Source: Aquifex aeolicus VF5
Lineage (GTDB): Bacteria; Aquificota; Aquificia; Aquificales; Aquificaceae
Assembly (NCBI RefSeq): GCF_000008625.1
Contig: NC_000918.1
Coordinates: forward strand, 780,001-812,000
Direction of reading: 5' to 3'
Length of the DNA: 32,000 nucleotides
Under the pieces are notes generated by a model. The model ran no database searches. It worked only from the letters and a program-made list of their open reading frames with translations, and was not told where the DNA came from. Of this stretch, positions 9,211 to 17,532 are shown one piece after another. The position numbers were made by a program, and so were the translations under genes. Positions within the stretch are counted from its first letter, which is position 1, and each line of letters begins with the position of its first letter.

Positions 9211-9579
9211 TTATTCAATCAGTTCGTAAACTTGCTCTTCCTTTCCCCACCCGCTGAGAACACCGTGCGGGGAGTAAACACCTCTCGCTTTTTCACTCTT
9301 CAAAAGTTCCCTTATGCCCTCTGCGGGCACGTGTCCCTCCACAAACTTTCCGTTTATCACCATCGTGTGACACGAACGTTTGTCTATGGGAACCCCAAGT
9401 TCATCCTTCTTTCTCAAAACCTCCCTCGGTTTTAGGGCAACTCTCTTTACTTTGAAACCTTTACTCTCGAGTATCTGGAAGTATTTGTGACAACAACCGC
9501 AGTTTGGATTGTAAAAGGCCGTGAGTTCAAATGAAAAGCCAAAAGAGAAGAGAAGTAAAAGACTTAAAACTCTCAACAT
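9211..9579 (-). CDS. DUF411-like metal-binding protein
   Basis: 122 aa with signal peptide and conserved [25 protein letters not shown]... [21 protein letters not shown], typical of the DUF411 family found near copper genes. Confidence 0.85.
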   Translation of the reverse strand: MLRVLSLLLLFSFGFSFELTAFYNPNCGCCHKYFQILESKGFKVKRVALKPREVLRKKDELGVPIDKRSCHTMVINGKFVEGHVPAEGIRELLKSEKARGVYSPHGVLSGWGKEEQVYELIE

Positions 9580-9592
9580 ATTGCACCTCCTT

Positions 9593-11176
9593 TCAGGCGT
9601 TTACCCTGTAATTGACCATCATCCCCTCGTCGTGGTGTTCGAGAATGTGGCAGTGAAGAAGGTATATCTGGTGCTCGTTATAGGGATGGCTCATGTCCAC
9701 CGCTATTCTTACCGTTTCCATGGGAGCTACTATTACCGTATCCTTCCAGCCGAGGTCCGTAGCCCTCAAAGGTCCCAAGCTCCTTTCTAGAACTTGAAAC
9801 TGAAAGCCGTGTATGTGCATGGGGTGGTACATACCCGTGTTGTTTACGTACTCTATAATCACCACGTCGCCGTTGTTCTGTTCAAAGAGAACCTTCGGAT
9901 TGTTTATGTCCTGCGGATTTGCGTAGCCGTCTTCCCACGTTTCTCCGTTAATCGTGAAAACCATTCTCCTCATGCCTAGAGTTATCCTTTGAACTTGTGC
10001 ACCGTCTGTATTTATAGGTGTTACTTCTGAAAGACGTTGAGGAATACTTTTGTCGTAAGCAGAATCCTTTGTAACCCTGAACTCCATAACTTCAAACTCT
10101 GAGTTATCTGCCATACCCATATCCATATTCATTCCATTTCCCATACCCATACCTCTTTCCATTCCCATTCCCATTCTCATTCCAATCATTCCCATTCCTA
10201 TTAAGTTGTGAGGGAAGTTGTAAAGCTTTATTACGTCATTTACGCTTGCGTCCCTGAAATCTACGAGGATGTCTATTCTCTCTCCCGGAGCTACTAAGAT
10301 TTCATTAACCTCCTTCGGAGTGTCCAGCAGTCCTCCCTCCACGCCGATTACCCAGAACCTCATCCTTTGGTTTCCTCTGAGGAGTGCAAGCCTGTAGGGC
10401 CGTGCATTAGAACCGTTCAAAATTCTGAACCTGTAAATCTTTCTCTCTACGTCCATATAAGGGTTTGGCGTTAAGTTCACGAGAATAGTGTCTCCCCAGA
10501 AGCCCATGTGTCCCATCGGGTTGTAAACGAGCTGTCCACTGGAGTCAAAGGTCTTGTCCTGAATTATGAGCGGAATGTCTATAACTCCGTATTCGAGATC
10601 GAGAGCCTGTTTTAAGTTATCCTCATCCTCGTCCTCGATTATTATCATTCCCGCAAGACCGTAGTAAACCTGATAACCCGTCCTTCCGTGGGGGTGGGGG
10701 TGGTAAAAGTAAGTCCCGGAGCGGTCTATAATCGTAAAGTCGGGGTAGGAGTAAGTTTCTCCGTCTTTTACGGCGTAATAGGGATGTCCGTCGGACTTCC
10801 AGGGAGCTCTAAAGCCGTGCCAGTGTATTATTGAGTCTTCTCCGGAGTTATTCACAAAGTCAGCACTGAAAGTTTGCCCCTTTCTGAGAAATATGACGGG
10901 GTTGTACTCATTATCAATCTCGTAAACGAGCATATCCGTCGACTTTCCGGGGATTACCTCAAGGGTTGTCCACTTTGCGGTTATACTTACTCGCTGTCCA
11001 TCGGGAAAAAGGAAGTATCCGGGGATATTGAGGGATTGTTTACTCAAAGTTCCGCTGCCCTGACCCGAGGAACTTCCGGTTGTACCACCCCCTCCGCAGG
11101 AAAGGAGGGAAAGTCCCCCAACCGAAAAGCCAAGGGCGGAAAAGAGAGAAGTTTTTATAAATTTACGCCTGTCCAT
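9593..11176 (-). CDS. mcoA: Multicopper oxidase (McoA / SufI-like) with Met-rich loop
   Basis: 527 aa. Copper motifs HWHGF, HPHPHG, HPMHIHGF, HCHILEHHDEGMM. Tat motif DRRKFIK followed by LLSCGGGG. Met-rich segment LIGMGMIGMRMGMGMERGMGMGNGMNMDMGM. Confidence 0.94.
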   Translation of the reverse strand: MDRRKFIKTSLFSALGFSVGGLSLLSCGGGGTTGSSSGQGSGTLSKQSLNIPGYFLFPDGQRVSITAKWTTLEVIPGKSTDMLVYEIDNEYNPVIFLRKGQTFSADFVNNSGEDSIIHWHGFRAPWKSDGHPYYAVKDGETYSYPDFTIIDRSGTYFYHPHPHGRTGYQVYYGLAGMIIIEDEDEDNLKQALDLEYGVIDIPLIIQDKTFDSSGQLVYNPMGHMGFWGDTILVNLTPNPYMDVERKIYRFRILNGSNARPYRLALLRGNQRMRFWVIGVEGGLLDTPKEVNEILVAPGERIDILVDFRDASVNDVIKLYNFPHNLIGMGMIGMRMGMGMERGMGMGNGMNMDMGMADNSEFEVMEFRVTKDSAYDKSIPQRLSEVTPINTDGAQVQRITLGMRRMVFTINGETWEDGYANPQDINNPKVLFEQNNGDVVIIEYVNNTGMYHPMHIHGFQFQVLERSLGPLRATDLGWKDTVIVAPMETVRIAVDMSHPYNEHQIYLLHCHILEHHDEGMMVNYRVNA

Positions 11177-11188
11177 AACTTACCTCCT

Positions 11189-12523
11189 TTAGTGGTGGTG
11201 ATGCATTTGCATTTGTTTGCCGTAAAGCCCTTTGATTTGTGCTTCCGCATCGAGCAGGAATGTGCCCTTTACCACAACTCTCTGTCCTTCTTTCAGTCCG
11301 TGAATTACCTCGTAGTAGCCCTCTCCTCTTCTTCCGAGCTTTACCTGAACGGGCATGTACATTCCCTTTTCCATCTCTACAAAGACGAACCGCCTCCTTC
11401 CCGTATCCACTACAGCACTTTCCGGAACTGCAATAACCTCGCCTATCGGCACTTCAAAGGAAACGTTTACGAGTGCGTTAGGCTTAAAGGTGAGGTTTTC
11501 GTTCTTGAGTTTGAGCCTGACCTTCAAGGTTCTGGAGAGTTTATTCACCTCAGGGAATATGTAGTCCACTGTAGCCTGAAACTGGGTGCTGTCTCCTTCC
11601 GGACTTACAAATGCCTTAAGGCCTTTTCTTATGTAGCTTGAAAAATGAAGGGGAACTTCCGCAACTATCCATGCGGTGGAAAGATCTGCAATCCTGTAAG
11701 CGGTTTGACCTTCCTTCAGGTACCCTCCCTCGTAAACTTGTTTTTGGAGAATTACACCGTCAACGGGAGAACGTACTACACTTCCTGCCTTTAAATACCT
11801 CAACTTCCTTAAAGCTTCCTTTATGAGTTTTTCGTCGCCTATTTTTTTTGCAAGTTTATACTCCCTTTTGGCTATCTCTATATCGGGGCTAAGCACCTTC
11901 ATTAGCGGTGTTCCCTTCTTGACGTACTCTCCTTCAAACCTGCCGTAAGTTTTCTCAACCCAAGCGTCGGCCCTTACGGTTATGTCGTAAACCTTTTCCC
12001 TGTTGTAGTCCACGTAACCCACGGTGTAAAAGCGTCTGACCAGAAACCTTTTCTTCACGGGTTCGGTTATAACGCCGAGAAGTTGAAGTTTTTCCGGAGG
12101 AATCATTATGTGTCCCGAGTGTTCCATAGGCTTCGTTTCCTTTGCGGTTTCTTTTGACAGGGGAATGAAAACGTTTCTCGTTATCTTCGTTCCGTCTGCA
12201 AACATTATCCTTATCTCCCACGGACCGTCCATACTTATGTTCACAAAACCCTCGTAAACTCCCTCACCCTTTTTCTCCAGTTTTGCGACGTCCCTCATCT
12301 CGTTCATACCGGGCATCGGAGGCATGTAAAAGTAGAACTCCTTTATCTCCTTTGGGGGCTTTACCTCAACCCTTATTTCATTCCCTCCCGACTTTATCTT
12401 TCCATCTTTTGAGTAGATAACAACCTCCACTTCCTTTTGCTTTAGTCTTATTACTTCCTTATAATCTCCACCCAAAAAGGCAAAAACTACGTTAATGAAA
12501 ATAAGAAAGCTTAAAATTCTCAT
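11189..12523 (-). CDS. cusB: CusB/HlyD-type RND periplasmic adaptor
   Basis: 444 aa with signal peptide. Hairpin/lipoyl segments DITVRADAWVEKTYGRFEGEYVKKGTPLMKVLSPDI and RSPVDGVILQKQVYEGGYLKEGQTAYRIADLSTAWIVAEVP. C-terminus MQMHHHH. Confidence 0.88.
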   Translation of the reverse strand: MRILSFLIFINVVFAFLGGDYKEVIRLKQKEVEVVIYSKDGKIKSGGNEIRVEVKPPKEIKEFYFYMPPMPGMNEMRDVAKLEKKGEGVYEGFVNISMDGPWEIRIMFADGTKITRNVFIPLSKETAKETKPMEHSGHIMIPPEKLQLLGVITEPVKKRFLVRRFYTVGYVDYNREKVYDITVRADAWVEKTYGRFEGEYVKKGTPLMKVLSPDIEIAKREYKLAKKIGDEKLIKEALRKLRYLKAGSVVRSPVDGVILQKQVYEGGYLKEGQTAYRIADLSTAWIVAEVPLHFSSYIRKGLKAFVSPEGDSTQFQATVDYIFPEVNKLSRTLKVRLKLKNENLTFKPNALVNVSFEVPIGEVIAVPESAVVDTGRRRFVFVEMEKGMYMPVQVKLGRRGEGYYEVIHGLKEGQRVVVKGTFLLDAEAQIKGLYGKQMQMHHHH

Positions 12524-13698
12524 ATTAGCGCCTCCGCCTCAGCAGAAATTTCGTTAAGTTTTTTCAAGGTAAAAGCCCTCTGGATTTTTAACTTCCAGAG
12601 ATCCCTGTAAGCCCGGATAATTTCTCTAACATCAACTTTTTCGTACCCATAGGCTAAGAATAGAGCTTCTATTTCTTGTTCTTTCTTCTTTATTTCCTCT
12701 TCCAGAGTTTTTAACGCCTTAAGTGTTATGTTATACGACCTCTTTAATCCAAGAAACCTCTCTTTTACGAAGTTTTTTGTAAAGTTAAGCTCCTTCATTT
12801 TAGCCTTTATCCTTTCCTTTGCTTCAAGGACCAAAAACCTTTCCCTTTTCTCGTACCAAACAGGAAGGGAAACTCCAATTCCCAGAGAAAAAAGGTCCGG
12901 ATTTCCCGTTCTTACAACGTACTCCGCGAGCAAGTTCAAATCTGGATAGTGTTCAACTTTTGCCCTTTCCAGTTCTTTCCTTAGAGTGTTTAATTCCTCA
13001 AAGAGGAGTCTAACGTAAACGCTTTCATCTTCGGAAAAATTCTGGGGAAACTTAAATAAACTCAATCTTCCAGGTCTTAAATCAAATTTACCGCCGATTA
13101 GAGAGTATATTTCACCCTTTATCTTTTCCCTTAACGCCTCGTTGTTTTTAAGTTCTTCCTCCACTTTTATTATTTCCGTTTTGACCATTAGAATATCCGA
13201 AAGCAGGGCTTTATTTTGAGCGTACTTTTCCTTCAAATTTTCAAGGAGAATGTAAAGGTCTTCTTTTATTTCCTTGAGTATTCTTTCCTTTTCGTAAGTG
13301 TAGAGAAAATCGTAGTAAAGTATCTTTACGTTTTTTATTAGCTCTCTTTCGTATATTTCTCTTTTTACCTTTACCTCTTTTGCCCTGTTCTTAAAAATTT
13401 CGGAACTCTTTTCCCTTTTTACCGGAAGTGTGTACCTCTGCATAAAGGTTATTGCGTAACCGCTCATGGGATTTTCCTCTCTTACCATTGGAACTTCCGT
13501 ATCAAAATTCCTGAACGTGAACCTGATTTCGGGATTTGGTAAAGATTTCATAAAAAGACTTCTGAAAGTATTAGCTTTTTCCAAATAAACGAAACTTTTT
13601 AACTTTGTATTGTTCTTTAAAGCAAAGTTTATTAATTCTTCTAACTGGGAAGAAAAAACAAAGTTCAAGGAAATTAACACAAAAATCAGAAAATGCAT
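12520..13698 (-). CDS. TolC/CusC-family outer-membrane efflux protein
   Basis: 392 aa with signal peptide, long coiled-coil segments, and PNPEIRFTFRN... and HYPDLNLLAEYVVRTGNPDLFSLGIGVSLPVW motifs. Overlaps the adaptor gene by 4 nt (ATGA). Confidence 0.82.
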   Translation of the reverse strand: MHFLIFVLISLNFVFSSQLEELINFALKNNTKLKSFVYLEKANTFRSLFMKSLPNPEIRFTFRNFDTEVPMVREENPMSGYAITFMQRYTLPVKREKSSEIFKNRAKEVKVKREIYERELIKNVKILYYDFLYTYEKERILKEIKEDLYILLENLKEKYAQNKALLSDILMVKTEIIKVEEELKNNEALREKIKGEIYSLIGGKFDLRPGRLSLFKFPQNFSEDESVYVRLLFEELNTLRKELERAKVEHYPDLNLLAEYVVRTGNPDLFSLGIGVSLPVWYEKRERFLVLEAKERIKAKMKELNFTKNFVKERFLGLKRSYNITLKALKTLEEEIKKKEQEIEALFLAYGYEKVDVREIIRAYRDLWKLKIQRAFTLKKLNEISAEAEALI

Positions 13699-13766
13699 AC
13701 GTAAATATGTAAAGTTCTCCTTGTGTTAATTCAAGATTTAAATTCAATTTAAGAAAATGTTAAAAT

Positions 13767-14837
13767 TCAGAGAAAAATAACCATATTATCTCTGTGGATT
13801 ACTTCGTCTTTTGTTGTGTTTAATAGTTTTCTAACTTCACTCGTTTTTAGACCTTTTATCTTTTCTATTTCCTCCGAAGAAAAATTCACCTTTCCCTTTC
13901 CTATTATCAGTCCTTCTTCGTTCTGAATGCTTACCACATCTCCCCTTTTAAAGTTTCCCTGAACGGAAACCACACCCGCGGGAAGCAGGCTCTTTCCTGC
14001 TTTCAGGGCTTCTTGAGCTCCCCTGTCCACCACGATTATACCTTTCGGTTCTTCCAAGGTAGCTATAACCTTGAGGGCGTTCCTGAGTTTTCTCTTGGAT
14101 GGCTTAAAAAGCGTTCCCTTAGTTTTCAAATTCCTCAAGTCCAAAATGTTTTCTTCCTTGCTCGTTATTATCACGGGAATGTTCAGAGTTGTTGCGAGTC
14201 TTGTGGCCTCAAGCTTGCTCCTCATTCCGCCCGTTCCGAAGCTCGTACCCGTTCCCCTCACGTACTTGAAAACCTTTTCTATGTCCTCAACCACGGGAAT
14301 TATCCTGTCTTTGTCGTCCTTCAGTCCACCAGCACTTGAGAATATCACTAGAAGGTCAGCGTTTACCATGAAAGAGACGTAAACCGCGAGGAAGTCGTTG
14401 TCCCCGAACACGAGTTCCTCCACTGCAACGGCGTCGTTCTCGTTTATTACGGGAACTACGCCCAGTTCTAGGAGCTTTTCAAGGGTGCTCTTTGCGTTTT
14501 TAAACCTCTCTTCCTTTTCCTTTGAAAAAACGTCTTTCGTGAGGAGAACCTGACCTACCTTCAATCCGTAGTTTGAGAATATCGTGTCGTAAAGGTGCAT
14601 GAGGTAGCTCTGTCCCACGGAGGCGAGGGCCTGTTTTAAAGTCAGATCTTTTGGCTTTTCCTTAATTCCTAGCTTCTTCGCTCCCGAGAGAACCGCACCC
14701 GAAGAGACTATTAAAACTTTATCACCAAAGGAGTGGAGTTTTTTTATGCCTTCCGCCAGCTTGGATAAAAAGCTGAGGTCTATATCTCCCTCGTCGGTCT
14801 CAAGGAGGTTAGAACCTATCTTGAAAACTATTCTCAT
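13767..14837 (-). CDS. proB: Glutamate 5-kinase
   Basis: 356 aa amino-acid kinase fold (VFKIGSNLL, VSSGAVLSG, PVINENDAV, GTGGMRSKLEAT) plus a C-terminal PUA-like domain. Confidence 0.93.
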   Translation of the reverse strand: MRIVFKIGSNLLETDEGDIDLSFLSKLAEGIKKLHSFGDKVLIVSSGAVLSGAKKLGIKEKPKDLTLKQALASVGQSYLMHLYDTIFSNYGLKVGQVLLTKDVFSKEKEERFKNAKSTLEKLLELGVVPVINENDAVAVEELVFGDNDFLAVYVSFMVNADLLVIFSSAGGLKDDKDRIIPVVEDIEKVFKYVRGTGTSFGTGGMRSKLEATRLATTLNIPVIITSKEENILDLRNLKTKGTLFKPSKRKLRNALKVIATLEEPKGIIVVDRGAQEALKAGKSLLPAGVVSVQGNFKRGDVVSIQNEEGLIIGKGKVNFSSEEIEKIKGLKTSEVRKLLNTTKDEVIHRDNMVIFL

Positions 14838-14866
14838 GTGAGTTTTATATATTAAATCATTAATTT

Positions 14867-15739
14867 ATGGGAGTTCTCGAGGCGTGGGAGAGGCATCTGG
14901 AAAAGACAAAGAGCCAGAAAACAAAAGAAACGTACCTTATGCTAGTCAAGGAATTTTTCAAGTTCCACAAAGTTGACGAAAAGGAAATAATTGAAAATCT
15001 GAAACCTTCCATGGTTTACAGATTCGTAGACGAGAGCGATCTAAACCCGAGTTCTCTTCTCACGACCCTTTCCGCCCTCAGGTACTTCTTAAAGTTCTTA
15101 ACGAGGAGGGAGTACATAGAAAAGAGTATGTACGAAAGCCTTAAGGCCGCTATAGAGGAGGCGAGGGAAGAACTCAACGCAAAGAAAACACCACGCTATC
15201 CGAGGGCTCTTACCAGAGAAGAAATAGAGGCGATATTTGAAAAGGTAAAAGGTAAGAAGTACGAAAAGATTTACACGCTCTTTCTCTACAGCGGTATAAG
15301 ACTCGGGGAGTACGAGAAACTCTCCGAAGAAAACTTCTTCATGGACAAGAGTGGTATACTCTGGATCAAGTTAACACCTGAAATGACCAAGAGAAACAAA
15401 GGGAGGCTCGTTCCTATACTCTCTCCCGACAAGGACGAAACACTCAAGGTTACTGAGAAACTTAGCAGGTGGATAGAAGACTTTGAAGGGAACTTCCGCG
15501 TAAAGAGGGGGGTGCTTCAGGTTTACACGGACAGGCTCTCCAAGAGGTTAAACATAGACTTCAGTATCCACAGCTTCAGGCACACCTATATCACGAACCT
15601 CATAAATTCCGGCTTCCCCATTGAGGTGGTAAAGGAGTTTGCGGGGCACTCGAGCATAAAGACTACCGTGGAGACTTATTACAAGTTCAGTCAAAAGAGG
15701 GCACAGGAACTCGTAAGGAACTTCCTCTTTTCGCAGTAA
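14867..15739 (+). CDS. Tyrosine recombinase/integrase, Xer-like
   Basis: 290 aa with N-terminal SAM-like domain and catalytic signatures LYSGIRLGEYEKL, HSFRHTYITNLI, FAGHSSIKTTVETYYKF. Confidence 0.88.
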   Translation: MGVLEAWERHLEKTKSQKTKETYLMLVKEFFKFHKVDEKEIIENLKPSMVYRFVDESDLNPSSLLTTLSALRYFLKFLTRREYIEKSMYESLKAAIEEAREELNAKKTPRYPRALTREEIEAIFEKVKGKKYEKIYTLFLYSGIRLGEYEKLSEENFFMDKSGILWIKLTPEMTKRNKGRLVPILSPDKDETLKVTEKLSRWIEDFEGNFRVKRGVLQVYTDRLSKRLNIDFSIHSFRHTYITNLINSGFPIEVVKEFAGHSSIKTTVETYYKFSQKRAQELVRNFLFSQ

Positions 15740-15749
15740 AATCGTATTT

Positions 15750-16214
15750 ATGAAGATAGCTATCGGTTCGGATCACGCGGGATTTCCTCTAAAGGAAAAG
15801 ATAAAGGAATTTTTAAAGGGAGAAGGGCACAAGGTTATAGACGTAGGAACTCACGCTCAGGAGTCCACCCACTACCCTATATACGCAAAAGAGGTCGTAA
15901 GGGCTATAAGGAGCGGAAAAGCTGAAAGGGGAATACTCATATGCGGAACAGGAATAGGCATGTCCATTACAGCAAACAAGTTCAGGGGCATAAGGGCGGC
16001 ACTTTGCACGAACGAGTACATGGCACGCATGAGCAGACTACACAACGATGCAAACGTCTTGTGCTTGGGAGAGAGAGTTCTCGGAGTTGAACTCGCCCTT
16101 TCCATAGTAAAAGTTTGGCTGGAAACACCTTTCGAAGGGGGAAGGCACTTAAAGAGACTCGAGATAATATCAGAGATAGAAGATGAAATTTGCGGAGAAA
16201 ATATACCCCGATAA
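15750..16214 (+). CDS. rpiB: Ribose-5-phosphate isomerase B
   Basis: 154 aa: MKIAIGSDHAGFPLKEKIKEFL, DVGTHAQESTHYPIYA, GILICGTGIGMSITANKFRGIRAALC. Confidence 0.95.
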   Translation: MKIAIGSDHAGFPLKEKIKEFLKGEGHKVIDVGTHAQESTHYPIYAKEVVRAIRSGKAERGILICGTGIGMSITANKFRGIRAALCTNEYMARMSRLHNDANVLCLGERVLGVELALSIVKVWLETPFEGGRHLKRLEIISEIEDEICGENIPR

Positions 16215-17529
16215 AGTTATCCTTACGCTCCTGTTCGTGTTCTTTCTCCTCTCCCAAACCTTTGTGTTTATAAAAAACGTTGTTCCCCTTCTCGTTCAGT
16301 ACAACCCCTACGCTGTGCTAAAGTACGAGGAGAGAAAAAATAGGTGGAGGTTGTTTACTCATGAAAACTTGAGGTACTTTTACGACTTGAAGACCAAAAA
16401 ACTCTACCCGCTTCCACTTCTTAAAAACGAACCCTACAGGTTCAAACCCGCTTTAAAGGGAGAGTACTTGGTCAACTTTGAAGGAGTTAAATACAGGATA
16501 AAGCCCTTTAAGGAATTGTTTCCCAAAAAACTCTTTATTGCCTCCTTTAAAAACGTAAAGTTACTCCTTTTCTGGGTTTTCGGTTTTTTGATTATGTATC
16601 TCTTTACTAGGATAAACTACAAGGCTTTTAGGAATAAGAAGTTTGTTTACGTTCTAGTATCAGTATCTTTACTTCTTTTAGTGCTCGTTCTGGTAAAGAA
16701 GTTTTTAAATCCAAATTCGCATATGCCCACGAGGTGGCTCTTCGGGACGAGCTTTCAACCCTCCGAGTTTTCAAAAATCGTACTTATCCTTTTTCTCGCT
16801 TACTACATAGGCGTTAAAGGGGAAATAGAAAAGATAAGCAACTTCTTCTTTGCCCTCGGTGTCCTAGTCATACACGCAAGTTTGGTGGCTCTCCAAACGG
16901 ACCTAGGTATGGCTATATTCTACATAGTCCTCGGTTCTTCCTTGATGTTCGTGGGCGGAACTCCCTGGAGGATACTCATTCCAAGTTCTTTTATCCTCGG
17001 TCTTGCGGGAGTGTTCTTCATTTCCGCAAACATGGAAACGGTAAAGAAGCGTTTTTCCGGCTGGCTTGATCCCTTTGCCGATCCCTACGACAGGGGATAC
17101 CAGATAATTAAGTCTCTGGAAGCGGTTATAAACGGAGGTTTCTTAGGGCAGGGACTGGGAAAGGGGCTTTACGCGGCTGTCTACATAAGGGAATCCGACA
17201 CGGACTACGTAATAAGCTTAATCGTGGAGAACTTAGGAGTAATAGGCTTTTTCTTTATCCTCTCCCTTCAGTTTCTCTTTGCCCTGAGGCTTTTCAAGTA
17301 CGCTGTGAGGATTTACGGGATGTACGAAAAGATAATAATCCTCGGCGTTGCCCTGAATTTCCTATATTCAGTATTCGTCAATTACGCAATGGCTTTAAAC
17401 ATACTGCCGCCTAAAGGTATAGCCCTGCCCTTTATAAGCTACGGAGTCAGTAATTTGCTTTCCAATATGATAATGCTGGGAATAGTTGGTTCTATATACA
17501 GGAGAAACAGCGATGTATTAAACTTATGA
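16183..17529 (+). CDS. SEDS-family cell-shape/division protein (FtsW/RodA)
   Basis: 448 aa multi-TM protein with RWLFGTSFQPSEFSKI, LQTDLGMAIFYI, GYQIIKSLEAVINGGFLGQGLGKG, DTDYVISLIVENLGVIG, LPPKGIALPFISYGVSNLLSNM. Start overlaps the end of rpiB. Confidence 0.87.
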   Translation: MKFAEKIYPDKVILTLLFVFFLLSQTFVFIKNVVPLLVQYNPYAVLKYEERKNRWRLFTHENLRYFYDLKTKKLYPLPLLKNEPYRFKPALKGEYLVNFEGVKYRIKPFKELFPKKLFIASFKNVKLLLFWVFGFLIMYLFTRINYKAFRNKKFVYVLVSVSLLLLVLVLVKKFLNPNSHMPTRWLFGTSFQPSEFSKIVLILFLAYYIGVKGEIEKISNFFFALGVLVIHASLVALQTDLGMAIFYIVLGSSLMFVGGTPWRILIPSSFILGLAGVFFISANMETVKKRFSGWLDPFADPYDRGYQIIKSLEAVINGGFLGQGLGKGLYAAVYIRESDTDYVISLIVENLGVIGFFFILSLQFLFALRLFKYAVRIYGMYEKIIILGVALNFLYSVFVNYAMALNILPPKGIALPFISYGVSNLLSNMIMLGIVGSIYRRNSDVLNL

Positions 17530-17532
17530 ATT

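Noticed and set aside
10874-11641. 255-aa plus-strand ORF opposite mcoA and the adaptor gene
   Set aside because: Antisense to two well-supported genes, with no recognisable domain. Long antisense ORFs are common here and reflect codon bias on the true strand.
14867-15739. Tyrosine recombinase as part of a mobile element or integron
   Set aside because: No flanking repeats, tRNA gene, att-like duplication or cargo genes were seen. It sits between housekeeping genes and resembles a chromosomal Xer recombinase.
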